Notes under the pieces: generated by a model
Database searches by the model: none
Seen by the model: only the letters and a program-made list of their open reading frames with translations
Told to the model about the DNA's origin: nothing
In this document: positions 1 to 10,439 of the stretch, piece after piece
Numbering within the stretch: the stretch's first letter is position 1
Layout: each line of letters starts with the position of its first letter
IMG/VR virus record: IMGVR_UViG_3300036832_000786
Location: 1-64,000 of that record
Direction: 5' to 3' (one strand)
Source of the DNA: a virus
Length of the DNA stretch: 64,000 nt
Translations under genes and position numbers: made by a program

Positions 1-2
1 CA

Positions 3-1172
3 GCACCGAGTAACTCTGTCAACGGGAACCTGTGGTGGAACTCGTCACCCGGTGACGGTCAACTGTACACCTTTTTTAACGACGGAACCTCTTCCCAGTG
101 GGTGGTGTCAAACAATTTGGGGGCCGGACTCTACCTGCCGATGCTGGGAGGAACTTTGCAGGGACCGTTACTATTGGCAGCGGACCCCGCCGCGAACGCC
201 CCTCTTGGTGCCGTGACTAAGCAGTATGTTGATGCCGCACCCCACAGTGTCGGACGTAACCTGTTACATAACGGTCTGTTTAATGTTCAGCAACGTGGCA
301 CAGGACCGTGGACGACCAGCGGAGTTTACACGGCTGATCGCTGGCGCGTAAATATCAATGGCACTGACACTGATAGTTGGTCATTGGTAGCCTTGAGTGA
401 CACGGCCCGCAGTCAAATCGGTGATGAGGCTGCGATCTGGTGTCTATCAAACACGTTTACGGGTAGTGCCGCCGCTGGTTGTAGTAGTTACGTAGGGGAG
501 AGGATCGAAAAAATCCGCCGTCTGAGCGGTAAGACTGCCACTGTATCGTTTTATGCTGCCGCCGCCTCCGGGTCACCACAATTAGCCATCAACGCCTTTG
601 AGAGATTTGGCACTGGCGGATCACCTTCACCTGATGCGTGGGTTTTTGCTACAGGGTTTCCGGTAACCCTTAGTACCACATGGGCGCGATATTCTGTGAC
701 GTTTACGATACCGTCAGTAAGCGGCAAAACATTTGGGACGAATGGGGATGACTTTTTTGAGTTAGATTTCATCTATACGTCCACGCCAGGAAATCCTATT
801 GCCGGTAACATTCCCGCACAAAGCGGCACGATCCAATTGTGGGGCGTCCAGCTTGAAGTCGGCAGCGTCGCCACCCCGCTTGAGAAACCCGAATACCGGA
901 TCGATCTGGCTAACTGTCAGCGGTTTTATCAGGTGTTATGGGCGCTTTTAAGCGTCTATCAAAGCATCGGTGCGACAAATTATCAGTTTGCTGTACCTTT
1001 TGCGGTGCCAATGCGAGCATCACCGACACTGACAACACTAGTTAATAATAACACGAACATGTCAGGTTTTTCGTTAGCGGTTGCTAATGGTTATGTCTAC
1101 ACCAATGGTGCGGCAGCCGCAGCGGGTACAGCCACTGTCAATATTAATTTTACAGCATCAGCGGACCTATGA
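3..1172 (+). CDS. Tail fibre / receptor-binding protein with carbohydrate-binding-like C-terminal region (5' truncated by window edge)
   Basis: Frame is open from nt 3 (APSNSVNGNLWWNSSPGDGQLY...). Contains the YLPMLGGTLQG and AVTKQYVD fibre motifs, the RNLLHNGLFNVQQRG...YTADRW and GVQLEVGSVATP...LANCQRFYQ motifs typical of phage fibres. Confidence 0.75.
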   Translation, partial: APSNSVNGNLWWNSSPGDGQLYTFFNDGTSSQWVVSNNLGAGLYLPMLGGTLQGPLLLAADPAANAPLGAVTKQYVDAAPHSVGRNLLHNGLFNVQQRGTGPWTTSGVYTADRWRVNINGTDTDSWSLVALSDTARSQIGDEAAIWCLSNTFTGSAAAGCSSYVGERIEKIRRLSGKTATVSFYAAAASGSPQLAINAFERFGTGGSPSPDAWVFATGFPVTLSTTWARYSVTFTIPSVSGKTFGTNGDDFFELDFIYTSTPGNPIAGNIPAQSGTIQLWGVQLEVGSVATPLEKPEYRIDLANCQRFYQVLWALLSVYQSIGATNYQFAVPFAVPMRASPTLTTLVNNNTNMSGFSLAVANGYVYTNGAAAAAGTATVNINFTASADL

Positions 1173-1480
1173 ACATGGCAGAATACCAACAAATCTGGGA
1201 TATGATGTCACCGGGCGCGATCTCGGAGACAATCCTGCGCACCGCAGATCAGGCACACATACCGCCTGATCCGGCCAACCGTGACCGACAGGAATACGAA
1301 ACGTGGTTGGCTGGGGGTAACAACCCCGATCCGCCCGATCCGCTGCCGGAACCGCCACCGCCTCAACCGGTGACTCTACCGGCACACCCGGAGGGACCGA
1401 TGGACGCGACGACAAAGGAATATGTTGATAGTCTGATAGCGTCGTTGCGAGCGCGGCTCGATGCTCTTGAAGAGAAGTGA
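1169..1480 (+). CDS. Tail fibre assembly / accessory protein
   Basis: IPPDPANRDRQEYETWLAGGN motif typical of small genes following fibres; overlaps the upstream stop. Confidence 0.6.
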   Translation: MNMAEYQQIWDMMSPGAISETILRTADQAHIPPDPANRDRQEYETWLAGGNNPDPPDPLPEPPPPQPVTLPAHPEGPMDATTKEYVDSLIASLRARLDALEEK

Positions 1481-1486
1481 CATCCG

Positions 1487-2998
1487 ATGCCAATGAACTT
1501 CCCAGACACACCGACCAATGGTGCCACCTTCACCAGTGGCGGCAGTACCTGGACGTGGTTTACGACACCGGGTGCCTGGAAAGCGGCTACGGCATCCGGT
1601 GGTGTAGCAAATTTGTATCTGCCGCTGACAGGTGGAACTCTTAGTGGATTACTTACTGCACCTCTTGGATTACGCGCTTCAGGTAGCGCCTTTAATCTAG
1701 GGAACACACCCACTTGGGCTTTGTTAAACACAGCATTTAATACGCTCGCCAACAGTGGTTCAATGGGTATTGGGTGGAACTATTCCAACGGCGGCGGTGA
1801 GACAAGTTTCTTTATCAATCGGGGCGGCGGTAACACAGGTGGTCTGATTATTTACGATTTCCCAAATACCTCGGGAACTCCAACACCGCTTTTGGCGCTT
1901 AATGGGGTGGGTGGGTTAGTCCTTGGCGCAGCCAATATGCAAGCGCCCCAACAAATCCAACCCGGCTCAATTATGGCAAGCGTCTTGACCACCTTGGGCG
2001 CGACGGGGCTGTTTAACAATGTCTATAACGACACGTCGGGTAACAACCATCTGATTGCCAACGCGATGGCAACCGCGATGAATAATAGCAGTGGTAATTT
2101 TGGTTTTTATCGTGCCGCCGCTGCCGCTGTCGGTTCCGCACCCGTTTGGATACAGAGCGTTGGAATTGGTACTGTTGGTAATCTCGCGGTCTATTGTGAC
2201 CAAAACTATGCGCTCCAAATTTCAAACCAAGCTGGTACCACCAATATCCTAAAGATTTCCGGTAGCAACACTATCGATCCTGCTTGGCCAAGCATCCGCA
2301 GTGACGGGAACAATCTCGTCCTCAATCCTAAGAGCGGTGGTGAGATTTATTTATCATATGATGTAACATCTGGTTTTGTATGTGTCGGTAGTACAACGAA
2401 TAATGTTAATGACCCACTGGAAATACACACACCTACGACCAATTACTGTCGAGTAAGATACTATACCAGTCGAACATGGAGTGCCGGTGCTTTTGGCTCT
2501 AGTGGTGGTGCCGCCGCTGGTATGTTTGGTATTGCCGATGAAAGCGGTGGTAAAGTAGAACTTATATTAGGCTATAGTGGGCAGTGGCATAAGACCTACG
2601 AGCATTGGATGGCTGGTGCTGATAATACTTACTGGTGTGGTTACACGGGCGTTGCTTGGTATGGCGTAATGTCTTACAGTTTTCCTGCTCCCTCTGATGC
2701 AAAATATAAGACCGATTTTGCTGATTTGCCAACTTGCCTCGATCTTGTGCAAGCGATCTCACCACAGCGTTACCGCTTTCATAGCGCGCCCGCTGAAGAG
2801 CGACACCGGGTGCATTGGGGCTTTGTTGCCCAGGATGTCGAGGCGGTGATGGCCCAGCGTGGTCATGATTTTAGTGGTGGGCATCGGATTGACAACGGGA
2901 ACCACGCGCTCTGCTATAATGATTTGATCGCTGTGTTGTGGAAGGCGCTGCAAGAGCTTACCGAAGAAGTTGCGTCTTTAAAGAAGGGGATGGCATGA
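1487..2998 (+). CDS. Tail fibre with C-terminal intramolecular chaperone (peptidase S74-like)
   Basis: MNFPDTPTNG N-terminus, YLPLTGGTLSG motif, C-terminal SDAKYKTD...GFVAQDV...LWKALQEL. Confidence 0.8.
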   Translation: MPMNFPDTPTNGATFTSGGSTWTWFTTPGAWKAATASGGVANLYLPLTGGTLSGLLTAPLGLRASGSAFNLGNTPTWALLNTAFNTLANSGSMGIGWNYSNGGGETSFFINRGGGNTGGLIIYDFPNTSGTPTPLLALNGVGGLVLGAANMQAPQQIQPGSIMASVLTTLGATGLFNNVYNDTSGNNHLIANAMATAMNNSSGNFGFYRAAAAAVGSAPVWIQSVGIGTVGNLAVYCDQNYALQISNQAGTTNILKISGSNTIDPAWPSIRSDGNNLVLNPKSGGEIYLSYDVTSGFVCVGSTTNNVNDPLEIHTPTTNYCRVRYYTSRTWSAGAFGSSGGAAAGMFGIADESGGKVELILGYSGQWHKTYEHWMAGADNTYWCGYTGVAWYGVMSYSFPAPSDAKYKTDFADLPTCLDLVQAISPQRYRFHSAPAEERHRVHWGFVAQDVEAVMAQRGHDFSGGHRIDNGNHALCYNDLIAVLWKALQELTEEVASLKKGMA

Positions 2999-3306
2999 CA
3001 GAATATACGAATGTTCCGCAAGCCAATCTATTGATTAATGAACAACAACAGGTCCGCAGGGCGATCAGTATTATTGACGAAGGTGGTACATTAACAAGTG
3101 TTACGGTCGCCCCGCTACCGCCGACACCAGGGCTTCCGCCCTCACCTAATGCAGTCAATGCCATTGGTATTCAGCTTCCCGATATCTCCCCACCTGAGAC
3201 GATGGCGGCGGTTCGTGCGCGGCTGGTTGAACGTGATGACGCGATCACGCAGCAACTGGCTGATCTCGGCGTCACCAGTTCACCGCCCGCGCGGTTTTCG
3301 CGATGA
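2995..3306 (+). CDS. Small fibre-associated protein (paralogue of 6080-6394)
   Basis: MTEYTNVPQA...QLADLGVTSSPP vs MTDYTDVPQA...QLAALGVTNPPP; ATG overlaps the fibre stop codon. Confidence 0.65.
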   Translation: MTEYTNVPQANLLINEQQQVRRAISIIDEGGTLTSVTVAPLPPTPGLPPSPNAVNAIGIQLPDISPPETMAAVRARLVERDDAITQQLADLGVTSSPPARFSR

Positions 3307-4418
3307 CAACCATCGGTCTATGCATGATCGTCAAGAACGAGGCACCGCTGATCGAGCGGTGTCTCGATAGTGTGTTACCGTTGATCGATTACGCGGTGAT
3401 CGATGATACCGGCTCGACAGACGGTACCCAGGACATCATCAACCGCTGGCTCGACCGGAACCATGTCTCTGGTTTGGTAACAAATGTTCCGTGGCAGGAT
3501 TTTGGTCACAACCGCTCGCTGGCGTTACAACGGCTGCATGGCATGGCGACCACGACCGATTATGCGTTGGTGATCGATGCCGATGACGTGTTAGTGACTC
3601 ACAGTGGGTTTAATCCAGTAAAGTTCAAGGCTGAACTGCAAGCCGGGCTGTACGATGTCGACATCCATTTGAACGGGATTCGCTACCGCCGGCCGCAGCT
3701 TTTTCAGAACCGGGGGTTTGTCTATCGCGGGGTGTTGCACGAATACCTGGAGGTGCCGCCAGCGATCTCGCGCGCGGTCGCGCAGGGCTTTCATATCGCG
3801 GCCGGTGTCAGTGGCGCACGCAGCCAGAACCCGCACAAGTACCGTGATGATGTGCTGACCCTGGAGCGGGCATTGCAGACCGAAGCCAACCCCTTCCTGC
3901 GGTCGCGCTACACCTTCTACCTCGCGCAGTGCTTGAAGGATGGTGGCGATCCCGGCCGGGCCTATAAAACTTATCTCGCGCGTGCATTGATGGGGTTTTG
4001 GGATGAAGAGGTTTTTGTTAGTCTGTGGCGCGCGGCGCAGTTGGCAGAACAGTTGGGCCTCCCCAGCCATACGGTCATCGGGCTACACCTGGAGGCTTGG
4101 GAACGGTGCCCGCAGCGGGCCGAATCGCTGCATGGGGCAGCGCGCTACTGCCGCCTGAAAAGCCTGTTTCACCAGGGGCGACTGTTCGCCAAGATAGGGC
4201 TGGAGATCGCGGAGCCTGAGAGCGCGCTGTTTGGCGAGCCGTGGGTCTATGCCTGGGGGGTGCTCGATGAATTCGCGGTCAGCGCCTATTGGATTGGTCA
4301 CTACCAGGAGTGTCTCGATGCGTGTGTCGAGTTACTGAACGGTAAGGTTCCTGTCGCAGAGTCACCGCGTATCGAGGAGAACGCGCGTTTCGCACGGGAG
4401 GCACTAAGTGGCGATTGA
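3303..4418 (+). CDS. GT2-family glycosyltransferase with TPR-like C-terminus
   Basis: LCMIVKNEA, DTGSTDGT, DFGHNRS, IDADD (DxD), GVLHEYL; helical repeat C-terminal half. Confidence 0.85.
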   Translation: MTTIGLCMIVKNEAPLIERCLDSVLPLIDYAVIDDTGSTDGTQDIINRWLDRNHVSGLVTNVPWQDFGHNRSLALQRLHGMATTTDYALVIDADDVLVTHSGFNPVKFKAELQAGLYDVDIHLNGIRYRRPQLFQNRGFVYRGVLHEYLEVPPAISRAVAQGFHIAAGVSGARSQNPHKYRDDVLTLERALQTEANPFLRSRYTFYLAQCLKDGGDPGRAYKTYLARALMGFWDEEVFVSLWRAAQLAEQLGLPSHTVIGLHLEAWERCPQRAESLHGAARYCRLKSLFHQGRLFAKIGLEIAEPESALFGEPWVYAWGVLDEFAVSAYWIGHYQECLDACVELLNGKVPVAESPRIEENARFAREALSGD

Positions 4419-6096
4419 CTACCCGAACAGTCCCTATAACGGGCAGGCGTTCCAGTCAGGCGGATTCCGCTGGGTGTTTGATGGTGAGAAGTGGAACGCC
4501 GGGACCGGGCAGGGTGGTCAGGTGTGGTCGGTCGCGGGCCGAACCGGTGACGTGGTACTGACACACAGTGACATCACCGACTGGGCAACCGTGACAGCCT
4601 TTGTCCCGCTCGCGGGTGGAACGATGACCGGAGCGTTGACACTCAGTGGGAACGCTACATCGGCTTTGCAGGCTGTACCGCTCCAGCAACTCAATAGTCC
4701 CACTAGCGGGTACTTGCCAATCAGTGGAGGAACTTTGACCGGCGCACTGCGGATCAGTGGCGGCACCGATGTCCAAGGGACTACCTTCGCGAATTTCACG
4801 CCGACTCGCTGGCGGTTAAGGGTCAATACGGGTGACGAAGCCAATGCCGGGGCGATTGATTATCGTGGGTATGATGCTAATGCATTGGGGATTATTGGTG
4901 CCGGGACAACGGGTACTAACCGTTTGGTACATATCTGGGACAACCTCAATGTCAACGGCGGCATCGCCGCTCTGAGCGGTACGGTAACTTCCAGTGGCAC
5001 CCCCGCTGGTTTGGTGTTCCAGGATCGTGCGGGCGGCGGCTCAGGGTATTGGACATGGTACTCCCTCAGTAACATCGCGCGGCTTTATTGGTCTGGTGAT
5101 CTTTTTACGTTTGATACGGGTGGCAATCTCCATGCGAACGGAGAAGTCTACGGTACCCATAGCCTCGCAACAGCGGGCTATGTCTGGGTCAACGGTGGAC
5201 AACTCTACAATCGAGGGGATGGCTGGTACGGCTTTAACCAGAGCTTTCGTGTGCCCGATTTCTATTCAGACGGTAACATAAACACACCCGGTTCCCTTCT
5301 TCTGAACGGAACCCAGATGTACAATAATGCTGGCTATATGTACACGCCGAACGGCCTTGGTGCCAATGGTGACATTTACTCGAATAACAGTGTCCGTGCC
5401 GGGTCTTATCTCAACTGTGGTGGGTGTACTTGGTCGAATAACGGCGGGTGGATGTACTCACCGCAAAGTGTGCAGAGTAACGGTAACCTGCAAGCGAACG
5501 GTGGTGTCGTTTATCTCGCTGGGATGTACTGGCAGAACAACGGCGGCTGGATGTACTGTCCGTGGCAGACGAGAACGGACGGCACTTTCCAGTCCGGCAG
5601 TAACATGAATTGTGGCAATGACGTTAACTGCGCTGGTGTCTTCCGTTATTGGGGTAGTACGGGCGCGCGGATCGAATGTTACCCTGGTAGTGGTTGGGGT
5701 TACGTGCAGTTTTCTGTAGCCGATGTGGTGTATTTTAGCCCAAATGGCGGTGCTGGCGGGGTCTATTGCCTCTACACCAGTTTTTCTGATGCGCGGCTAA
5801 AGGACAATATCCGTGACACCCAAGTTGATGCGTTGGCAGCGGTCTGTGCGATACCGGTTAGGGAATTTGAATGGAAAGAGGAAGCCTGTACATGGATGCC
5901 CTTTACGGAACCGAGGGTTCCTATTGGTATCGTCGCGCAGGAACTTCCCGAAGTGATGTCACATGTGGTAGGTACGGCAACTCTTGCCGGTGGTCACCAC
6001 TACATTAATGAACAGAAAGTGACGCCGTATCTGATTCGAGCAATCCAGCAACTGACCGAACGTCTGGAGAAACTGGAACATGACAGATTACACTGA
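4408..6096 (+). CDS. Tail fibre with C-terminal S74-like chaperone
   Basis: SVAGRTGDVVL, FVPLAGGTMTG, repeated NN(A/G)G(W/Y)MYxP, C-terminal SDARLKDNI...GIVAQEL...LIRAIQQL. Confidence 0.8.
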   Translation: MAIDYPNSPYNGQAFQSGGFRWVFDGEKWNAGTGQGGQVWSVAGRTGDVVLTHSDITDWATVTAFVPLAGGTMTGALTLSGNATSALQAVPLQQLNSPTSGYLPISGGTLTGALRISGGTDVQGTTFANFTPTRWRLRVNTGDEANAGAIDYRGYDANALGIIGAGTTGTNRLVHIWDNLNVNGGIAALSGTVTSSGTPAGLVFQDRAGGGSGYWTWYSLSNIARLYWSGDLFTFDTGGNLHANGEVYGTHSLATAGYVWVNGGQLYNRGDGWYGFNQSFRVPDFYSDGNINTPGSLLLNGTQMYNNAGYMYTPNGLGANGDIYSNNSVRAGSYLNCGGCTWSNNGGWMYSPQSVQSNGNLQANGGVVYLAGMYWQNNGGWMYCPWQTRTDGTFQSGSNMNCGNDVNCAGVFRYWGSTGARIECYPGSGWGYVQFSVADVVYFSPNGGAGGVYCLYTSFSDARLKDNIRDTQVDALAAVCAIPVREFEWKEEACTWMPFTEPRVPIGIVAQELPEVMSHVVGTATLAGGHHYINEQKVTPYLIRAIQQLTERLEKLEHDRLH

Positions 6097-6394
6097 TGTC
6101 CCGCAGGCCAGCGGGCTGCACCAGAGCCGCCAGAATGTTACCGCCGCCATTACGTTGATCGACAGCGGCGGAATCATCAACAACTTTTCGGTCGCACCGC
6201 AGCCGACCACCGGGGTACCGGTGACAAACATTGGTGGTGCGATAAATATCCTGGTGCCGGACGCCAGTGCCGAACTTATGACAGCGGCGCGTGACTGGCT
6301 GGTGTCGCGGCAGGCCGATCTCGACGGTCAACTCGCGGCGTTAGGAGTCACTAACCCACCACCACAGAGTCCACCCACAGGAAGAAAGGAATAG
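6080..6394 (+). CDS. Small fibre-associated protein (paralogue of 2995-3306)
   Basis: Sequence similarity to 2995-3306; same position after an S74 fibre. Confidence 0.65.
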   Translation: MTDYTDVPQASGLHQSRQNVTAAITLIDSGGIINNFSVAPQPTTGVPVTNIGGAINILVPDASAELMTAARDWLVSRQADLDGQLAALGVTNPPPQSPPTGRKE

Positions 6395-6397
6395 ATT

Positions 6398-6607
6398 ATG
6401 ATTGACCAACCTGTCGCGGCCAACACCCCGTTCACCATCACCCTGGAAGCTCAACAGTGGAACGGTGTCATCAATGCGCTGGTGAAAGCGCCTTATGAAC
6501 AGGCTGCGCCGTTGATCCAGGCGATCACCGGTCAGCTACAACAACAAGCCCCGCAGTCAAACGGGGTGGATCAAGGCGTGACGATGCCGATGCCGCCGGT
6601 AAACTGA
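6398..6607 (+). CDS. Hypothetical small protein
   Basis: RBS AAGGA; tightly packed in the operon. Confidence 0.55.
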   Translation: MIDQPVAANTPFTITLEAQQWNGVINALVKAPYEQAAPLIQAITGQLQQQAPQSNGVDQGVTMPMPPVN

Positions 6608-7098
6608 TGCGTTACCGCAAACTGGATCAAGAAGGCGATATGCAGTTCGGCCACGGGACCGGCGACTTCTGGCACGACCAGCCAGAAGCCGTTGGTCAGT
6701 CGGTGAAGACGCGGCTGTTACTGTTTGCCGGTGAGTGGTTCCTGAACACGCGGGCGGGAACCCCTTGGGGCGGCTTTCCGCTGAACGACCTTGTCGTTCA
6801 GCAAGGCCAAATCCTTGGTGTCCATACGCAGTTATCGCGTGACGCGGCGATTCGTGACCGTATTCTGACGACCGAAGGTGTCACCGGGATCGTGAATTAT
6901 TGGAGTACCGTCGATCCCGACACGCGAAGTTACTCGATAGGTGCGATTATTGACACTATCTACGGCCGTCAGTTTACGGTGACTATCGGTCCTGATGTCA
7001 CCGGGCAACCGGTGGTACATGTTGCGGTCAAGGCGGCGGCGGTAATGCCGCAGATCAGACGCCGTCCACCGATCCTAACCCGTTTGCCGTTGAGGTAA
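6607..7098 (+). CDS. Baseplate wedge / gp25-gp46-like protein
   Basis: MRYRKLD..GD..FG, AVGQSVKTRLLLFAGEWFLNT.AGTPW, IDTIYG; precedes baseplate J. Confidence 0.75.
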   Translation: MRYRKLDQEGDMQFGHGTGDFWHDQPEAVGQSVKTRLLLFAGEWFLNTRAGTPWGGFPLNDLVVQQGQILGVHTQLSRDAAIRDRILTTEGVTGIVNYWSTVDPDTRSYSIGAIIDTIYGRQFTVTIGPDVTGQPVVHVAVKAAAVMPQIRRRPPILTRLPLR

Positions 7099-7102
7099 AC
7101 CA

Positions 7103-8278
7103 ATGCCTTTCCCGGTCACGACAATCGACGCAAATGGTGTCACTGTTCCGTTGTTTACCGATGTCCTGGCCTATTTGCAGGAACAGTACCAGACGATTTA
7201 CGGTGCCGATATTGACCTTGATCCCGATACCCAAGACGGTCAATGGGTCGGTATCATCGCGTCCGCGCTCAACGACACCAACCAGACGATCGCCGCGACC
7301 TACCTGTCCTACAGTCCTTCTTTCGCGGTCGGAGCCGGGTTGTCGAGTGTCGTCAAAATCAACGGTATCCGGCGGCAACTCGCCTCGTTTAGCACGGTGA
7401 TTGTGACTTGTGTCGGTACTGCGGGTACGGAAATCGGTGGCAGTCTTGTTGGTGACAATCTGAACCTGGGTACGCAGTGGCAACTGCCGGACCAAGTCAC
7501 TATTCCCCCGGAAGGGGATATCGCGGTGACAGCAACCTGTACGACACTCGGCGCGGTGCCGGGTGACGTGGGTACGATCACCGATATTTTGACACCGGTT
7601 CCCGGTTGGCAAACGGTGAACAATACCCTGGCCGCGATTGTCGGCGCGCCAGTCGAAACCGATGCGCAGTTACGTCGCCGTCAGACACAGAGTGTCGCTA
7701 ACCCATCGCAGTCGGTGGTTCTGGGTATCCAGGGCGGTATTGAAAACCTGCCAAATGTGCGGCGGGTGATGGTGTACGAAAACCCAACCGGCGCGCCGGA
7801 TGCGAACGGGATTCCGGCGCACGCAATGGCGGCGGTCGTGGAAGGTGGTGACGCCACCGATATTGCCAATGCTATCGCACTGCGGAAGACACCGGGATCA
7901 CCGACCTACGGCACCACCAGTACCATTATCTACGATAGTCGGGGTATTCCGGCACAGATCAATTTTTTTGAACTGTTCCTGGTGCCGATACAGGTCAATG
8001 TCACTCTCAAAGCACTACCGGGGTTCACTCAGGCGATTGAACAGGAGATCGTCACCCAGATCATCGAGTTCCTGACGACGCTGCCGATCGGTTACGATTC
8101 CTATATCACCAAGCTGATCGCGGCGACACAGTTACCGGAACCCGATGGACTCACCTATGACGTGACGGTTGTCCAGCAATCGCGTGATGGTAACGCGACC
8201 GCTGCAACGGATGTTCTGATCTCGTATATCGAGGCGGCAACTTGTGACGACACAATGATCACCATCACCGTGACCTAG
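7103..8278 (+). CDS. Baseplate J-like protein
   Basis: DTQDGQW, LSSVVKINGIRR, ETDAQLRRRQ, VYENPTG..DANGIPAH. Confidence 0.85.
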   Translation: MPFPVTTIDANGVTVPLFTDVLAYLQEQYQTIYGADIDLDPDTQDGQWVGIIASALNDTNQTIAATYLSYSPSFAVGAGLSSVVKINGIRRQLASFSTVIVTCVGTAGTEIGGSLVGDNLNLGTQWQLPDQVTIPPEGDIAVTATCTTLGAVPGDVGTITDILTPVPGWQTVNNTLAAIVGAPVETDAQLRRRQTQSVANPSQSVVLGIQGGIENLPNVRRVMVYENPTGAPDANGIPAHAMAAVVEGGDATDIANAIALRKTPGSPTYGTTSTIIYDSRGIPAQINFFELFLVPIQVNVTLKALPGFTQAIEQEIVTQIIEFLTTLPIGYDSYITKLIAATQLPEPDGLTYDVTVVQQSRDGNATAATDVLISYIEAATCDDTMITITVT

Positions 8279-8294
8279 AAGGGGAGATGCGGCT

Positions 8295-8954
8295 ATGACC
8301 GGGTTGACGACCTACACGTCGCAGGGTGTGTTGAACCACCTTGTGGGCAAGACCTCGATCTTTGCCATGCGGACGGCTTATGTGGCGCTGTTCACCGTGG
8401 CGGGGGCCGATGACGGTACCGGGTTCACTGAAGTCGCGGGCGGGGCCTATGCACGCGTTGCGACGGCACCGGGTGACTGGGCAGTGCCAACAGCGGCGGC
8501 ACCGAGTGTGGTGACGAACGTCAACCCGATTGTGTTCGCAACCTCGACCGCGAATTGGGGTACGGTTAACGCCTTTGGCATCTATGACGCGGCGTCTGCC
8601 GGTAACCTTTTGGCGTGGGACTATTTCGGCGCGTTTAACTGGCTTCCGTGTTCGGTCAGCGCCGCTTCTCCTGGCGTGATTACATCGCCCAGACACGCGT
8701 ACCTGAATGGTGACACGGTGATCTACTCGACCGAGTATGGTGGGGTTCCTCCCACGTTTGGTCAGGGTACCTTTACCGGCCCGCTGATTGTTGCCAACAG
8801 TCTGACCGATACCTTCACCGTGACCAATGGCGGCACCACCGTCAACACGGTGACGAGCGGTGACGGTATGGTCCGTAAGGTGGCCACCCAAGGGATCATT
8901 GCGAACGTGCAGGCGACGTTCCCCGCTAACGCGTTGTCGATCTCGCTTGCGTAG
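8295..8954 (+). CDS. Tail/baseplate structural protein
   Basis: YVALFT...EVAGGAYARV...WGTVNAFGIYDAASAGNLL motif common in phage tail genes. Confidence 0.65.
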   Translation: MTGLTTYTSQGVLNHLVGKTSIFAMRTAYVALFTVAGADDGTGFTEVAGGAYARVATAPGDWAVPTAAAPSVVTNVNPIVFATSTANWGTVNAFGIYDAASAGNLLAWDYFGAFNWLPCSVSAASPGVITSPRHAYLNGDTVIYSTEYGGVPPTFGQGTFTGPLIVANSLTDTFTVTNGGTTVNTVTSGDGMVRKVATQGIIANVQATFPANALSISLA

Positions 8955-10418
8955 ATGGCCCAGACTGCCGCGCCACGCGATGCCGTAAGCCTCGCGGGTA
9001 CGATCACCGCAACGAGTGCGGCGAGCATCCGAACAGTTGTTCGGATGACAGTCGCCGGGCGTATCACGGCGCACGGACATATTATCGGGCGTACCTACCC
9101 GCCCTACCTCATTGGGCGGATCACGGCGCAGGCTAAGGCGCGGATTCAGCGACCCGTCCTCAATGCGGCGGGCACCACCTTACAGTTACTGTACGGCAAC
9201 GCGATCAGTGCCGCGCAGGCTCGGTTTCAATACCCGACCTTCACTTCCAGTCTATCGGGCCGCATCACCGCGCAGGCAACGGGGCGGTCAGCGCCGCCGC
9301 TGATAACGACGGCACCGCTTATTACGCTGACCGGCCGAATCACCGCGACCCTGCGGGCGTCCCTCAACCGTCCCAAGCTGACCCCCGAACCGCTTAACCT
9401 GTTTGGTAACATCTACGCCAACAGTGTGGCGCAGCTAGGTACCGGTCCTTATTATGTCACTAATCTGGCAGGTCGGACACGAAGCGGCGTAACACTGTCC
9501 GGTACGGCGGGACCGTGGCAGCCATACCTGATCGGTGGTATCACCGCCACGGCACGGCTGTTCCTGGGTATCGCTGAGATACAGGTACCGCTACCGCCGT
9601 ACCCGCCACCGTTCTTGACATTCAGCACGCTCGATTACCTGGACCGCATCACCTCTGAGCACAACCAGAAGCCAAAATACGTCGCGACCGTCGCGCTGAC
9701 GGCCGATGCCGTGGTGCAGGATCAGCAACTGGTTGCCGGTGTTCCTGGACTCTTTGACCTTGATTATTGTGTCGGTGAACAAGAGGATTTTACGGGAGAG
9801 TGGATCGGTAAATCACGCTGGATCGAACTACCGGCTACATTCTTTTCCTGGGATACGGAAGGTGCCGGTTGGAACCAAGCCAACTGGAAGGGACCGGCCG
9901 ATTCGGATAGCGACATCGAGCGGCTCGATGACTATCACTACCGTCTGTTGCTGTACGCCAACATCATCGCTAACCATTGGAATGGCTCGATCCCGCAAGC
10001 CTACGAGGCGTGGGATACCCTCTTTCACTACATCGGATTACAGGTTATCATCCAAGATTATGGTAACATGACCATGTTGTACGGTCTGTTATCGACACAA
10101 CGGTTAGACGCGACACTTGTGTCACTGTTCCTCACGGGACAGATGGATTTGCGTCCCGAAGGTGTCGAGCTTATCGCGTATGCGCTTCAGCCGGAACCGG
10201 GTGTACCGTTTTTCGCGTGGGATGCGACGAGTGACTCGGTGCAAGGCTGGGATCAAGGCGATTGGGCTATCATGCTCCCGCCAGGGTCGGCGTACACCCC
10301 TGGTGTCAACGTAACCGTTTGGGATGCCCCGGCACCGGGGCAAGGGCAGGGACCGGTGGCAACCGATGACGTGCCGCAAACCGATTGGGATGACGGTGCC
10401 ACGGACTGGGATAAATAG
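8955..10418 (+). CDS. DUF2612-like baseplate protein with repetitive N-terminal extension
   Basis: C-terminal half ITSEH.QKPKY...FDLD..VGEQ.D..GEWIG...LDDYHYR...NHWNG; N-terminal (L/I)xG(R/T)ITA repeats. Confidence 0.7.
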   Translation: MAQTAAPRDAVSLAGTITATSAASIRTVVRMTVAGRITAHGHIIGRTYPPYLIGRITAQAKARIQRPVLNAAGTTLQLLYGNAISAAQARFQYPTFTSSLSGRITAQATGRSAPPLITTAPLITLTGRITATLRASLNRPKLTPEPLNLFGNIYANSVAQLGTGPYYVTNLAGRTRSGVTLSGTAGPWQPYLIGGITATARLFLGIAEIQVPLPPYPPPFLTFSTLDYLDRITSEHNQKPKYVATVALTADAVVQDQQLVAGVPGLFDLDYCVGEQEDFTGEWIGKSRWIELPATFFSWDTEGAGWNQANWKGPADSDSDIERLDDYHYRLLLYANIIANHWNGSIPQAYEAWDTLFHYIGLQVIIQDYGNMTMLYGLLSTQRLDATLVSLFLTGQMDLRPEGVELIAYALQPEPGVPFFAWDATSDSVQGWDQGDWAIMLPPGSAYTPGVNVTVWDAPAPGQGQGPVATDDVPQTDWDDGATDWDK

Positions 10419-10439
10419 CAGGTAAGGGGAGAGACACCC